Assembly (NCBI GenBank): GCA_018824085.1
Contig: JAHJHI010000054.1
Span: forward strand, 7,362-71,361
Length of the DNA stretch: 64,000 bases
Origin: Gammaproteobacteria bacterium
Lineage (GTDB): Bacteria; Pseudomonadota; Gammaproteobacteria; Burkholderiales; Rhodocyclaceae
Direction of reading: 5' to 3'
Below the pieces are notes generated by a model that saw only the letters and a program-made list of their open reading frames with translations, was not told the DNA's origin and searched no databases. Below, piece after piece: positions 1-7,972 of the stretch (the stretch's first letter is position 1; each line of letters begins with the position of its first letter). A program made the position numbers and the translations under genes.

Positions 1-501
1 GCCGGCGAGGCGCACGATCTGCTCCAGCGCGGCCTTGCTCGTCTGCGCCATCATGAAGCGCGACACCGGCGCCTCGGCGATCTTCAGCGCCTGTTCGAGA
101 CTGATGCTCTCCTGGTCATAGGGCACGAAGGCGTCGGCCCAGATCTGTTCGCCGATCGGGCGCATGACGAGCAGCGTCAGGATCAGCGCGATGCCGGTCA
201 CGATGCGGTTCGGCAGGCCCTGCTGCAGGCCCAGTGCCTGGCGCAGCAGCGACAGCACGATGATGAAGCGCGTGAAGCTCGTCATCATCATGACCATGAC
301 GGGCAGCAGCCCGAGCAGGGTCATGATGATCAGGATCTGCGTCTTGATCGAGAATTCGGTGGTTGCGCCGCCGGTCGTCGATTCGAGCAGTGCGATGTTG
401 GCCGCGTCCGCCGACGCGCACGCCAGCAGCGTCGCACCGGCCAGCAGCAGCGCGCACAGGTTCGGGATCGACGACCGTCCGCGGGACGATCGCGGGGTCA
501 T
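1..501 (-). CDS. fliP: Flagellar export protein FliP (3' end runs off the window)
   Basis: Not in the ORF track. Manual translation from the ATG at 501 gives a signal-like N-terminus, then EFSIKTQILIIMTLLGLLPVMVMMMTSFTRFIIVLSLLRQALGLQQGLPNR, the FliP hallmark. ATGA overlap with the fliN stop. Confidence 0.93.
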   Translation of the reverse strand, partial: MTPRSSRGRSSIPNLCALLLAGATLLACASADAANIALLESTTGGATTEFSIKTQILIIMTLLGLLPVMVMMMTSFTRFIIVLSLLRQALGLQQGLPNRIVTGIALILTLLVMRPIGEQIWADAFVPYDQESISLEQALKIAEAPVSRFMMAQTSKAALEQIVRLAG

Positions 502-887
502 TGCGTCAGGCTGTCCAGATCGAGGCCGTCGAGATCGATGACGCGCAGGCCGTGGTTCTCGCCCATGAGCACCACTTCGGCATGGCCGATCGGCGTGCCG
601 TTGACCTTGATGACAAGCGGCTCGCCGGCCAGCGTGTCGAGTTCGACGAGGCTGGCCGGCCGGATGTCTATGAGCTCCTGCAGGGACACGCGGGCCGAGC
701 CGACCTCCAGCGTCAGCGTGACCGGTATGCGGCGCATCATCTGCGGCAGGCTGCGCCGCGGCGCGGCGGCCACGGGTGCGGTGCCATCGTTCTCCAGCAT
801 GGCGACGTCGCCGGTTTCGTCCAAACCGTCCAGCAGGTTTTCAATTTCGGTGTCGTTGGTATCCATGGCGTCAGTCCATATCTTCAA
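498..887 (-). CDS. fliN: Flagellar motor switch protein FliN
   Basis: C-terminal SpoA domain IPVTLTLEVGSARVSLQEL...LAGEPLVIKVNGTPIGHAEVV; lies between fliM and fliP. Confidence 0.9.
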   Translation of the reverse strand: MKIWTDAMDTNDTEIENLLDGLDETGDVAMLENDGTAPVAAAPRRSLPQMMRRIPVTLTLEVGSARVSLQELIDIRPASLVELDTLAGEPLVIKVNGTPIGHAEVVLMGENHGLRVIDLDGLDLDSLTQ

Positions 888-2007
888 ATGAGGTGAGACA
901 AAGCTTGCCCTTGTTCTCGGCGACGGTCGCCGCGTACAGCCGCGAGTCGTCGATCAGTACGTCGGCCGAGCCGATGGACACCGGAATCACGTCACCCACG
1001 CACAGGTCGAACAGCTCGCCGAGCGGCATGTCCTTGCTGAGCAAACGGGCCGTCATCGTCATCTGCAGGCGGGCGGCGAACGGAGCCGTCGCCATCGCGG
1101 GCTCCTTCTTTTCGCGCACGTGCGCGAGGCCATGCAGCAGCTTGTCCATCCATGCGTCGTCGAGTGCGAACCACATGTCTCGCTCGCCGTCGAGCTCGGG
1201 CTCGCGAACGGTGCAGGTGATCATCCAGTTGCCCACCGCGGCGACCGGTACGGCCGCCGCGGTGAACGTGACCGGCGCAACCTCGTCGAGCGGACGCGCC
1301 AGATCGGCTGCGTCGATGCGTGCCGCAACGACTGCGGCAAGCTCTTCTCCCAGCGCGATGCCGACGCGTTCTTCGGTCGCGGTTTCACGTTCCGTCGTTT
1401 CCGCACGCGCCACCGGCGCAAGCTGGACGGCGTCGTCCGGCGAAGTCGGCAGATCGATCCGCTCCGCCGTCTCTGCCGGCGCGGCCTGTTCTTCCGGTTC
1501 AGACGGGGCCGTTTCGCCCGTCGCATCGGCCGCCGCGTCTGCGGCTTCGGCGGTCGACCCGGCCTCCGCTGCCGGTTCAGCCGCGCCTGGTTTGACAGCC
1601 TTCGCCGCGAACGCCGCCTGAGCGGCTCTGGCCGCCTGGGCGGGACCGTGGATGCCGAAGCGATAGCCGAGAACGGTCAGGATCAGTGGTCGCTCGGCGG
1701 CAAAACAGATGCGGCCCGCCTCGCTCGCGTAGCCGGTCCAGCGCACGCTTTCGATGGCATCCCGGACGCGCTCGAGCCGCACCGCGGTCACGTCGAACGC
1801 CGCGCGATGGCGCCGGTTCAGGCCGCTGCGCAGCGCGGCTGCGAGGTCCTTGCGCAACTGCACGGAAAATTCGCCAAGACGATGCACCGGACGACCGAGT
1901 GCGCTCACCTCCAGCGTCTCTGCTGCGGTGGGCGAAACCACCTTCGTGGAAGCATTCATGAAAGATTCGTTCGGCTGTACATGTTGTTCGAATGTCGGGC
2001 CCGACAT
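871..2007 (-). CDS. fliM: Lateral-type flagellar motor switch protein FliM with an Ala/Glu-rich insertion (start may be the later Met of MNASTK)
   Basis: LGRPVH N-terminal motif, ETATEER motif and C-terminal SpoA domain (LGELFDLCVGDVIPV); upstream of fliN. Confidence 0.8.
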   Translation of the reverse strand: MSGPTFEQHVQPNESFMNASTKVVSPTAAETLEVSALGRPVHRLGEFSVQLRKDLAAALRSGLNRRHRAAFDVTAVRLERVRDAIESVRWTGYASEAGRICFAAERPLILTVLGYRFGIHGPAQAARAAQAAFAAKAVKPGAAEPAAEAGSTAEAADAAADATGETAPSEPEEQAAPAETAERIDLPTSPDDAVQLAPVARAETTERETATEERVGIALGEELAAVVAARIDAADLARPLDEVAPVTFTAAAVPVAAVGNWMITCTVREPELDGERDMWFALDDAWMDKLLHGLAHVREKKEPAMATAPFAARLQMTMTARLLSKDMPLGELFDLCVGDVIPVSIGSADVLIDDSRLYAATVAENKGKLCLTSFEDMD

Positions 2008-2309
2008 TGCCGGGCCGATCGCCTGCTATGTAGCATTACGAACCCTGCAGGCAGAACTTTAGGCACACGCAACATTAAAATTTCGAGACAGGAGAAACGC
2101 CCGGTCAGCGCGCTCAGCCCGACCGGTCAAGCGACACGGCGCTGCACCGCCTGAAAGCTCGACAGCCCCTTGCCGGAGCGCTCCGGGTCGCGCGAATCAA
2201 AGGTGTCCGGCCGCACCCGGCAGCCGGTCGGGTACGGCGGTGCGCGCGGAAGGAACGCCTGCATGGCGGCGACAGCCACGCAGGCGATAGGCCGCCGGCT
2301 GCGTCCGGA

Positions 2310-2783
2310 TCAGCCCTTTCGCACGCCGTCGCGCGCGACGCCCTGTCGGGCGGGCGACAGGATGGAGAACACGGCGCGCATCGCGACGACGTCGCGTTCG
2401 GCGCTGCGCATGCGGCCCGCCACCTGGCACAGCCGCTTGCCCGGCCGGCACCAGTCGATGCTGCTTTCTATCCAGTCGCCCGGCCAGAGCGCTTCGAGGA
2501 AGTCGACCTGCAGCGAGGCCGTGACGAAGCGGGCGTCGGCCGGCAGCCGGTCCGCCAGTGCGCCCGCCAGCCAGATGTCGGCCAGCGTCGAGATGAAGCC
2601 GCCGTGCACGCGCCCCGCGCCATTGCTGTGCTCGTCCCGCAGTTCGATGCGAAAGTGCCTCAGTGAATCTTCCGTGCGCTGAAAGACGCGGGCGATGGCC
2701 GGCACAAAGCGGCCGCTTCCCTTCCACAGCACATAACCCTGCGCCAGCCATTCGGCTTCGCGTACGCTTGGCTGGTCCATCAC
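2310..2783 (-). CDS. PaaI-family hotdog-fold thioesterase
   Basis: HSNGAGRVHGGFISTLAD motif followed by VTASLQVDFL. Confidence 0.88.
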   Translation of the reverse strand: MMDQPSVREAEWLAQGYVLWKGSGRFVPAIARVFQRTEDSLRHFRIELRDEHSNGAGRVHGGFISTLADIWLAGALADRLPADARFVTASLQVDFLEALWPGDWIESSIDWCRPGKRLCQVAGRMRSAERDVVAMRAVFSILSPARQGVARDGVRKG

Positions 2784-3418
2784 GCGCCCTCCCGCCCGGC
2801 GGCGGCGGCGAACCGCAGCGCGTCATCCAGGCGGTCGTCACCCCAGAACATTTCAGTGCCGACGAAAAAGGTCGGCGCACCGAACACGCCCCGGCGCCGC
2901 GCCTCGTCGGTCTGCTCGCGCAGGCGTGCCTTGACCGGCGCGTCGGCGGCGCGCGCCAGCGTGCCGGCCGGCACGCCCAGCTCGTCGAGTATCCCGCGCA
3001 TCGCCGCCTCGTCATTGATGTCGCGGTCCTGCGCGAAGTTGAGCTGCATGACGCGCCGGCAGAAGGCGCCCATCCATGCCTCCTCCGCTCCCAGCAGCGC
3101 AAGCCGCAGCGCAAGCAATCCGACCCGCGGGAAGACGGACGGCCTGACCCAGGGCAGGCCGTGCTTGCTGCATTGGCGGCTCATGTCCCGCCACATGTAG
3201 TCGCCCTTTTCCTTCTGCAGCACGAAGGGTGAATTGTCCATGCCGAGCGCCTTGAAGACCGGCCCCAGAAGGAACGGCTTCCAGATCACCGGCACGCCGT
3301 GGCGCTGCGCCGCGTCCTCGATGCGCATGACGCTCAGGTAGCTGTAGGTGCTCGCGAATTCGAACCAGAACTCGATTCCGGCCGGCGTGCCACGCCCGCC
3401 GCTCGACACATCATTCAT
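2780..3418 (-). CDS. 2-hydroxychromene-2-carboxylate isomerase / GST-kappa (DsbA-like) family protein
   Basis: IEFWFEFASTYSYL and GVFGAPTFFVGTEMFWGDDRL motifs. Start placed at MNDV. Confidence 0.88.
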   Translation of the reverse strand: MNDVSSGGRGTPAGIEFWFEFASTYSYLSVMRIEDAAQRHGVPVIWKPFLLGPVFKALGMDNSPFVLQKEKGDYMWRDMSRQCSKHGLPWVRPSVFPRVGLLALRLALLGAEEAWMGAFCRRVMQLNFAQDRDINDEAAMRGILDELGVPAGTLARAADAPVKARLREQTDEARRRGVFGAPTFFVGTEMFWGDDRLDDALRFAAAAGREGA

Positions 3419-3458
3419 GGGAACTCCGGATAGAGGGTGACGGCACTCGCGCGGACCT

Positions 3459-4316
3459 TCATGCGTAGGTGACAAGGCAGCGGATTTCGATGCTCTCGCG
3501 CAACGGCGCATCGGCCGGCACGTCGGGCAGGTCGAAGGCGGCGTGCGGCGTGAAGCGCGCAACCCCGCTGACCTGCGAATCATACTGTTTGAACACCAGT
3601 GCTTCGTGACGATCCATTTCCGCGAAATGGTGCCATCGATGACGAGGCGAGTGCCGCACCAGATAGATCTCGCCAGTGCGATCCGGATAACGGATTTCGG
3701 CGGCGACGAGTTCGCGTGCCGAAACCGTGCGTGCGTCGCACACCGCGAGCGGCGTATCGACGACCGGGCCGCGGATCGAACGCCAGATGTTCACGATGGC
3801 GAAGCGCGCCGTCCGGGACAGCGCGTGCGGGTCATCCAGCACCAGTGCGAGGCGCTTCAGTCCCGATGCGTCGCTGTAGTCGTTGTGCACTCGCCCGACC
3901 GCCGCCGCGCGGCTGCCGTCACCGCTGCGCCCGAAGCCGAGCGCCGGACGCCCCGCCTCCCGACGGCGGATCTGATGGTCGAACACGTACGCATGCTGCG
4001 CACCGGTGACCTGGCGGGCCAGTTCGGCCGCTTCCGCGTAGTAGCGCGCGCGGATCGCCTCCTCGTCGCGGAAGTCCGCCACTGCGCTCGGCGCATCCCG
4101 CAATTCAAAGCCCTCGCGCTCGATCGACGGACGCGAACCGGCTCGGGCGTCGGCGATCGGCACGGTGTGCATGACGTAGTCGCAGTTCTGCCAGGGCATG
4201 CCGGGCGGCGGCTCATGCATGTAATTGAACGGACGCGCGCCGCCCGCGCCAAGGTAGCCGAGTGCGCCGCTCACTGTAGGGCGATGGCCGCCGGTGTCTG
4301 ATGGATTGCCTTGCAT
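3459..4316 (-). CDS. CmcJ/NvfI-family Fe(II)-dependent oxidoreductase
   Basis: RVHNDYS, IVNIWRSI..PV.D.PLAVCDART, PHAAF and RESIEIRCLV motifs. Confidence 0.8.
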   Translation of the reverse strand: MQGNPSDTGGHRPTVSGALGYLGAGGARPFNYMHEPPPGMPWQNCDYVMHTVPIADARAGSRPSIEREGFELRDAPSAVADFRDEEAIRARYYAEAAELARQVTGAQHAYVFDHQIRRREAGRPALGFGRSGDGSRAAAVGRVHNDYSDASGLKRLALVLDDPHALSRTARFAIVNIWRSIRGPVVDTPLAVCDARTVSARELVAAEIRYPDRTGEIYLVRHSPRHRWHHFAEMDRHEALVFKQYDSQVSGVARFTPHAAFDLPDVPADAPLRESIEIRCLVTYA

Positions 4317-4452
4317 GCTGCCTCCTGTCGGGATCGTGGTCGCGGGCTGCACGCCCTGCCGGACGCCTGCCCACGAGCGCCATTGAAAACCGGCGCGGCA
4401 CCGCGCTCAACCGATCAATACGCACGCTTCGCATGCGCAGGAGGAATGTGAA

Positions 4453-5376
4453 TCAGGCGATCGGCCATGTGTCCGCTTGCTTCGCCTCCGTCACTATCCA
4501 TCGTGCGACTTCGTCGATCTCGCTGCGGGACGGGCCTTCCGGGCGGACCAGCCAGTAGGCGCTGGGCGCCGCCGGCAACGGCGCCGGCATCCGGACGACC
4601 CGCAGGCGCCCGTCCGCCAGTGCGCCGCCAAGCAGTTCGAGGCGCCCGAGTGCCACCCCCTGGCCCGCAATGGCGGCATGGATCATCTGGTCGTATTGAT
4701 TGAAGCGCAGCACGCCGCGCGCACGCACACCGTGCCAGCCCTGCGACGCCAGACAGTTCTCCCACTGCAGCCACGGTCGCGCGTCGCCGTCGAACTCGAG
4801 CAGCGTGAGCGCTTCGATGCCCTGCCGGCCATCCAGCGCCGTCAGACCGAGCGAGGGATGCGCGACCGGCGCCACGGTTTCTCCGAAAAGCCTTGTGGCT
4901 CCTTGTGGTGCCGCGTCCGGCGCGCAATAGCGGATGGCCAGGTCGGGGCCGTCCTGGCGCGGATCGGTCAGCCTGCTGGACGCCGCGATGCGCACGTCGA
5001 TGCCTGGATGCCGCTGCAGGAAACCGCCGAGACGGGGCAGCAGCCACAGCCCTGCAACACCGATGCTGGTGGTGATGGTCACCGGGCGGGACCCGGCGCC
5101 GACGCGAATCGCGCCGATCACGTCCTGCAGTTGCCGCACGGCGACGTCGGCAGTCGCAAACAGGCGCGCGCCTTCAGGAGTGAATGCGACGAGGCGGTGG
5201 CCGCGCACCAGCAAGCGCACGCCGAGCAGCGCTTCCAGCGCGCGCACCTGACGGCTCACTGCGGACTGGGTCAGGCACAGGTCCTGCGCCGCCAGCGTGA
5301 TGCTCATGCGGCGCCCGACCGCGACGAAGCCCCGGACGAGATCCAGGGAGGCAAGCCTGGCCAGATCGACTGACAT
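4453..5376 (-). CDS. LysR-family (GcvA-like) transcriptional regulator
   Basis: N-terminal HTH SITLAAQDLCLTQSAVSRQVRALEALLG plus substrate-binding domain. Confidence 0.93.
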   Translation of the reverse strand: MSVDLARLASLDLVRGFVAVGRRMSITLAAQDLCLTQSAVSRQVRALEALLGVRLLVRGHRLVAFTPEGARLFATADVAVRQLQDVIGAIRVGAGSRPVTITTSIGVAGLWLLPRLGGFLQRHPGIDVRIAASSRLTDPRQDGPDLAIRYCAPDAAPQGATRLFGETVAPVAHPSLGLTALDGRQGIEALTLLEFDGDARPWLQWENCLASQGWHGVRARGVLRFNQYDQMIHAAIAGQGVALGRLELLGGALADGRLRVVRMPAPLPAAPSAYWLVRPEGPSRSEIDEVARWIVTEAKQADTWPIA

Positions 5377-5525
5377 TCTCCATCCTCATGCGAAAAAGGC
5401 GCACGGCAGTGTGGACATGCAGTCGCCACTACGTCAAATGGGCGCGCCCGGACGCGCCTGCCGAATGGCTTCCGGGCGCCACAGCCGGCGACGGCAGAAG
5501 CGCTTCACGCCACTGGATGTGGACG

Positions 5526-5550
5526 AAAAAAAGCGGGCAATGCCCGCTTT
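5526..5550 (-). terminator. Rho-independent terminator just after the pqqA-like codons
   Basis: AAAGCGGGC-ATT-GCCCGCTTT followed by a T run on the minus strand. Confidence 0.85.
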
Positions 5551-5571
5551 CTTGTGTTGCCGGCGCGTGAC

Positions 5572-5646
5572 CCAGCGATTGGCGACGTACATGGTGATGT
5601 CAAAGCCGAAACGCGGATCGGTTGCCCTCGGGTTTTGCCAGTTCAT
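5572..5646 (-). pseudogene. pqqA: pqqA-like precursor peptide gene with E to D at the core residue and the stop changed to TGG (ORF reads through to 5434)
   Basis: MNWQNPRATDPRFGFDITMYVANR matches the PqqA pattern (W..P...D.R.GFEITMY.ANR). Strong RBS AAGGAG upstream; terminator downstream. Confidence 0.8.
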
Positions 5647-5749
5647 GCTGATCTCCTTTGAGTGACTTCATTCCACGGCCAGCACCGTGCATGCACCCGT
5701 CGTCGCGCATCGCGTGCCGCACGACCTCCGGCAACCCGCGAAAGAGGGC

Positions 5750-6904
5750 TCATGATTTTCCCGGGAGCAAGGGAGCGAACGCGTCCGGCAGCAGACAGTT
5801 CTGCAGGCTGCGCTGCGAGAACAGGTAGCGGCCGTCGCACACGAATCCGAGCTCGTGCCAGTCGACGGCGTCGTTGAGCAGCGCCGTCGCCGCCTGCAGA
5901 TCGCAGGACGCGTCACGCGCGAAAAGCGCGAGCACGGAGCCGTCGTAGTCGGGGCATTCGTGCAGGAAAAAGGGGCGCGCCTTGCGCGTCTTGCCATTCA
6001 CGTAGATGCGCGGCGCGGCCGAACGGTGGTGCAACCGGCCCCATTGCCACCAGTTGTGTTCGCCGAACGCGCGCACCCGCCGCTGCAGCAATCGCGGTTT
6101 GTGCTGCAGCAGCCAGTCGTTGCGCACGTCGAACCAGGCGCGCCGCGTGAGGCCGGTGTCCACCGTGGTCGAACAGACAAATTCGACATTGCCTTGCGGG
6201 TGCACGAACACGTCGTCCGCGCCCGACACCGCACCGACCCGCACGTCGAACAGCGACGCGAGCGGCACGCGGTAGTCGCCCCGCAGGAACATCAATTGAC
6301 CGTGTTCGCAGTGAAAGCGTCGCCCGTCGCTCATGCGCCGGTCCATGCGCCCCTTCTCGAAACGGAACACCGCGCAATTGGGAATGTAGGCGCCGAACAC
6401 GCGGGCATCGCCCGTTTCGAAGAAGTCCGTGATGCTGCCTTGGGTGAACAGCCAGTCGTTGAGCCGGCGCGCCGCGGTGAGCTTGATGAAGTCGCGCGGC
6501 ACGATGAAAATGAGTTCGCCGCCCTGATCCAGATGACGCACGCACTTTTCGATGAAGAAAAGATAGAGGTTGCTGCGCCGGTCGAACAGATCGCCGCCCA
6601 GACGTTCGCGCGTCGCGGGCAGGATGTCCTGGTAGCGCACATAGGGCGGGTTGCCGATGACGGTATCGAAACGCTCGTCGGTCGGGTAATCGAAGAAATC
6701 CATCACGAGCGCGCCGGCCGGCGCGACCGACGGATCGATCTCGATCGCCGTGCACCCCGGCAACCTGCTCGCGAACGAGCCGTCGCCGGCCGACGGTTCG
6801 AGCACGCGCCCGCGGTTGCGGCGCAGCGCGAGCATGCGTTCCACGACGTCTTCGCGGGTAAAGACCTGGCCCAGGCGTTCCACCCGGTGTATCTGATCGT
6901 CCAT
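5750..6904 (-). CDS. Type II-like N6-adenine DNA methyltransferase (gamma motif order) with C-terminal target-recognition region
   Basis: GQVFT, motif I LEPSAGDG before motif IV IGNPPY, then NLYLFFIEKC. Confidence 0.85.
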   Translation of the reverse strand: MDDQIHRVERLGQVFTREDVVERMLALRRNRGRVLEPSAGDGSFASRLPGCTAIEIDPSVAPAGALVMDFFDYPTDERFDTVIGNPPYVRYQDILPATRERLGGDLFDRRSNLYLFFIEKCVRHLDQGGELIFIVPRDFIKLTAARRLNDWLFTQGSITDFFETGDARVFGAYIPNCAVFRFEKGRMDRRMSDGRRFHCEHGQLMFLRGDYRVPLASLFDVRVGAVSGADDVFVHPQGNVEFVCSTTVDTGLTRRAWFDVRNDWLLQHKPRLLQRRVRAFGEHNWWQWGRLHHRSAAPRIYVNGKTRKARPFFLHECPDYDGSVLALFARDASCDLQAATALLNDAVDWHELGFVCDGRYLFSQRSLQNCLLPDAFAPLLPGKS

Positions 6905-7000
6905 GGCGCAATTGTCCCATGTGCGCATGTCCCCTGTGCTGCGGCCCGCCTTGGGCTACCATCACCGCCCCGACCGACTCGCGAGCCCGGACATCCGCCG

Positions 7001-7972
7001 ATGCTGCATTCCCCGATAGAACCCTACGACAACGGCTGGCTGGAAGTCGGACACGGGCATCGCCTGTATTACGAACAATGCGGCAACCCCGACGGGCAGG
7101 TCGCGCTGTATCTGCACGGCGGCCCCGGCTCGGGTTGCTCGCCGCGCCAGCGCCGGTTCTTCGATCCGCAGCGCCATCGCGTCGTGCTGTTCGACCAGCG
7201 CGGCTGTGGTCGCAGCACGCCTGCGGGCGACGTCGCGAACAACCACACCGACGCGCTGGTGCAGGACATCGAGGCACTGCGCCGGCATCTGGGCATCAGC
7301 CGCTGGCTGGTGTTCGGCGGCTCGTGGGGCGCGACGCTGGCCGTGCTGTGGGCGACGCGCCACCGCGACGCGTGCACCGGCGTCATCCTGCGCGGCCTGT
7401 TCCTCGCCGGTCGTGCCGATCTCGAGTGGTTCTTCCACGGGGTTTCGGCGCTTGCGCCGCAGGCGAACTCCGCATTGATGCAGGTCATTCCGGCGCGCTG
7501 GCGCGACCGGGTGGAAACCTGGCTGGATCGCAGCTTCTCGGGCGCGGACCCGGCGCGCATCGACCGCGTCGTGCTGGCTTGGCGGGCCTACGAGCATGCG
7601 CTCGGCAGCTGGCCCGGCAGCGCCGCGCTGGCCGCGCCGTCGGACGACGAGTGGCCGGCGCTGCGCGCCCGCTATCGCGTGCAGTCGCACTATCTCGCCC
7701 GCCGCTGCTTCCTCGGTGAAGCAAAGGTGCTGGACGCAATCGCCCGTCTGCACGGACTGCCGGTCGCCATCGTCCATGGCAGCCAGGACCTCGTATGCCG
7801 CCCGCAGAACGCCTGGCGCGCTCACCAGACCTTGCGCGGCAGCCGCCTGGCCTGGGCACAGGGCGCGGGCCACGACCCCTTCCATCCGGCCAGTCTGCAG
7901 TTGCTGATGACGGCGCTTGCTGCGCATGAACGCGACGGCCATTTCAACGCGTGGCCGGCGGCCCTGCCATGA
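7001..7972 (+). CDS. pip: Proline iminopeptidase
   Basis: LYYEQCGNPDG..LHGGPGSG; catalytic GGSWG, QD and GH residues. Confidence 0.92.
   Translation: MLHSPIEPYDNGWLEVGHGHRLYYEQCGNPDGQVALYLHGGPGSGCSPRQRRFFDPQRHRVVLFDQRGCGRSTPAGDVANNHTDALVQDIEALRRHLGISRWLVFGGSWGATLAVLWATRHRDACTGVILRGLFLAGRADLEWFFHGVSALAPQANSALMQVIPARWRDRVETWLDRSFSGADPARIDRVVLAWRAYEHALGSWPGSAALAAPSDDEWPALRARYRVQSHYLARRCFLGEAKVLDAIARLHGLPVAIVHGSQDLVCRPQNAWRAHQTLRGSRLAWAQGAGHDPFHPASLQLLMTALAAHERDGHFNAWPAALP

Noticed and set aside
2035-2061. Sigma28-like TAAAGTTC upstream of fliM
   Set aside because: No acceptable GCCGATAA-like -10 element at the right spacing.
2140-2200. Minus-strand GGAGCGCT...AAGGGGC...CTTTCAGGC resembling glycine or SAH riboswitch fragments upstream of fliM
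   Set aside because: The required stems and pseudoknot could not be built and the gene context does not fit. An Infernal/Rfam scan would settle it.
7001-7972. Pip as a PqqA-processing peptidase
   Set aside because: It is separated from the pqqA-like gene by a methyltransferase, divergently oriented, and iminopeptidase specificity does not match known PqqF/G-type processing.
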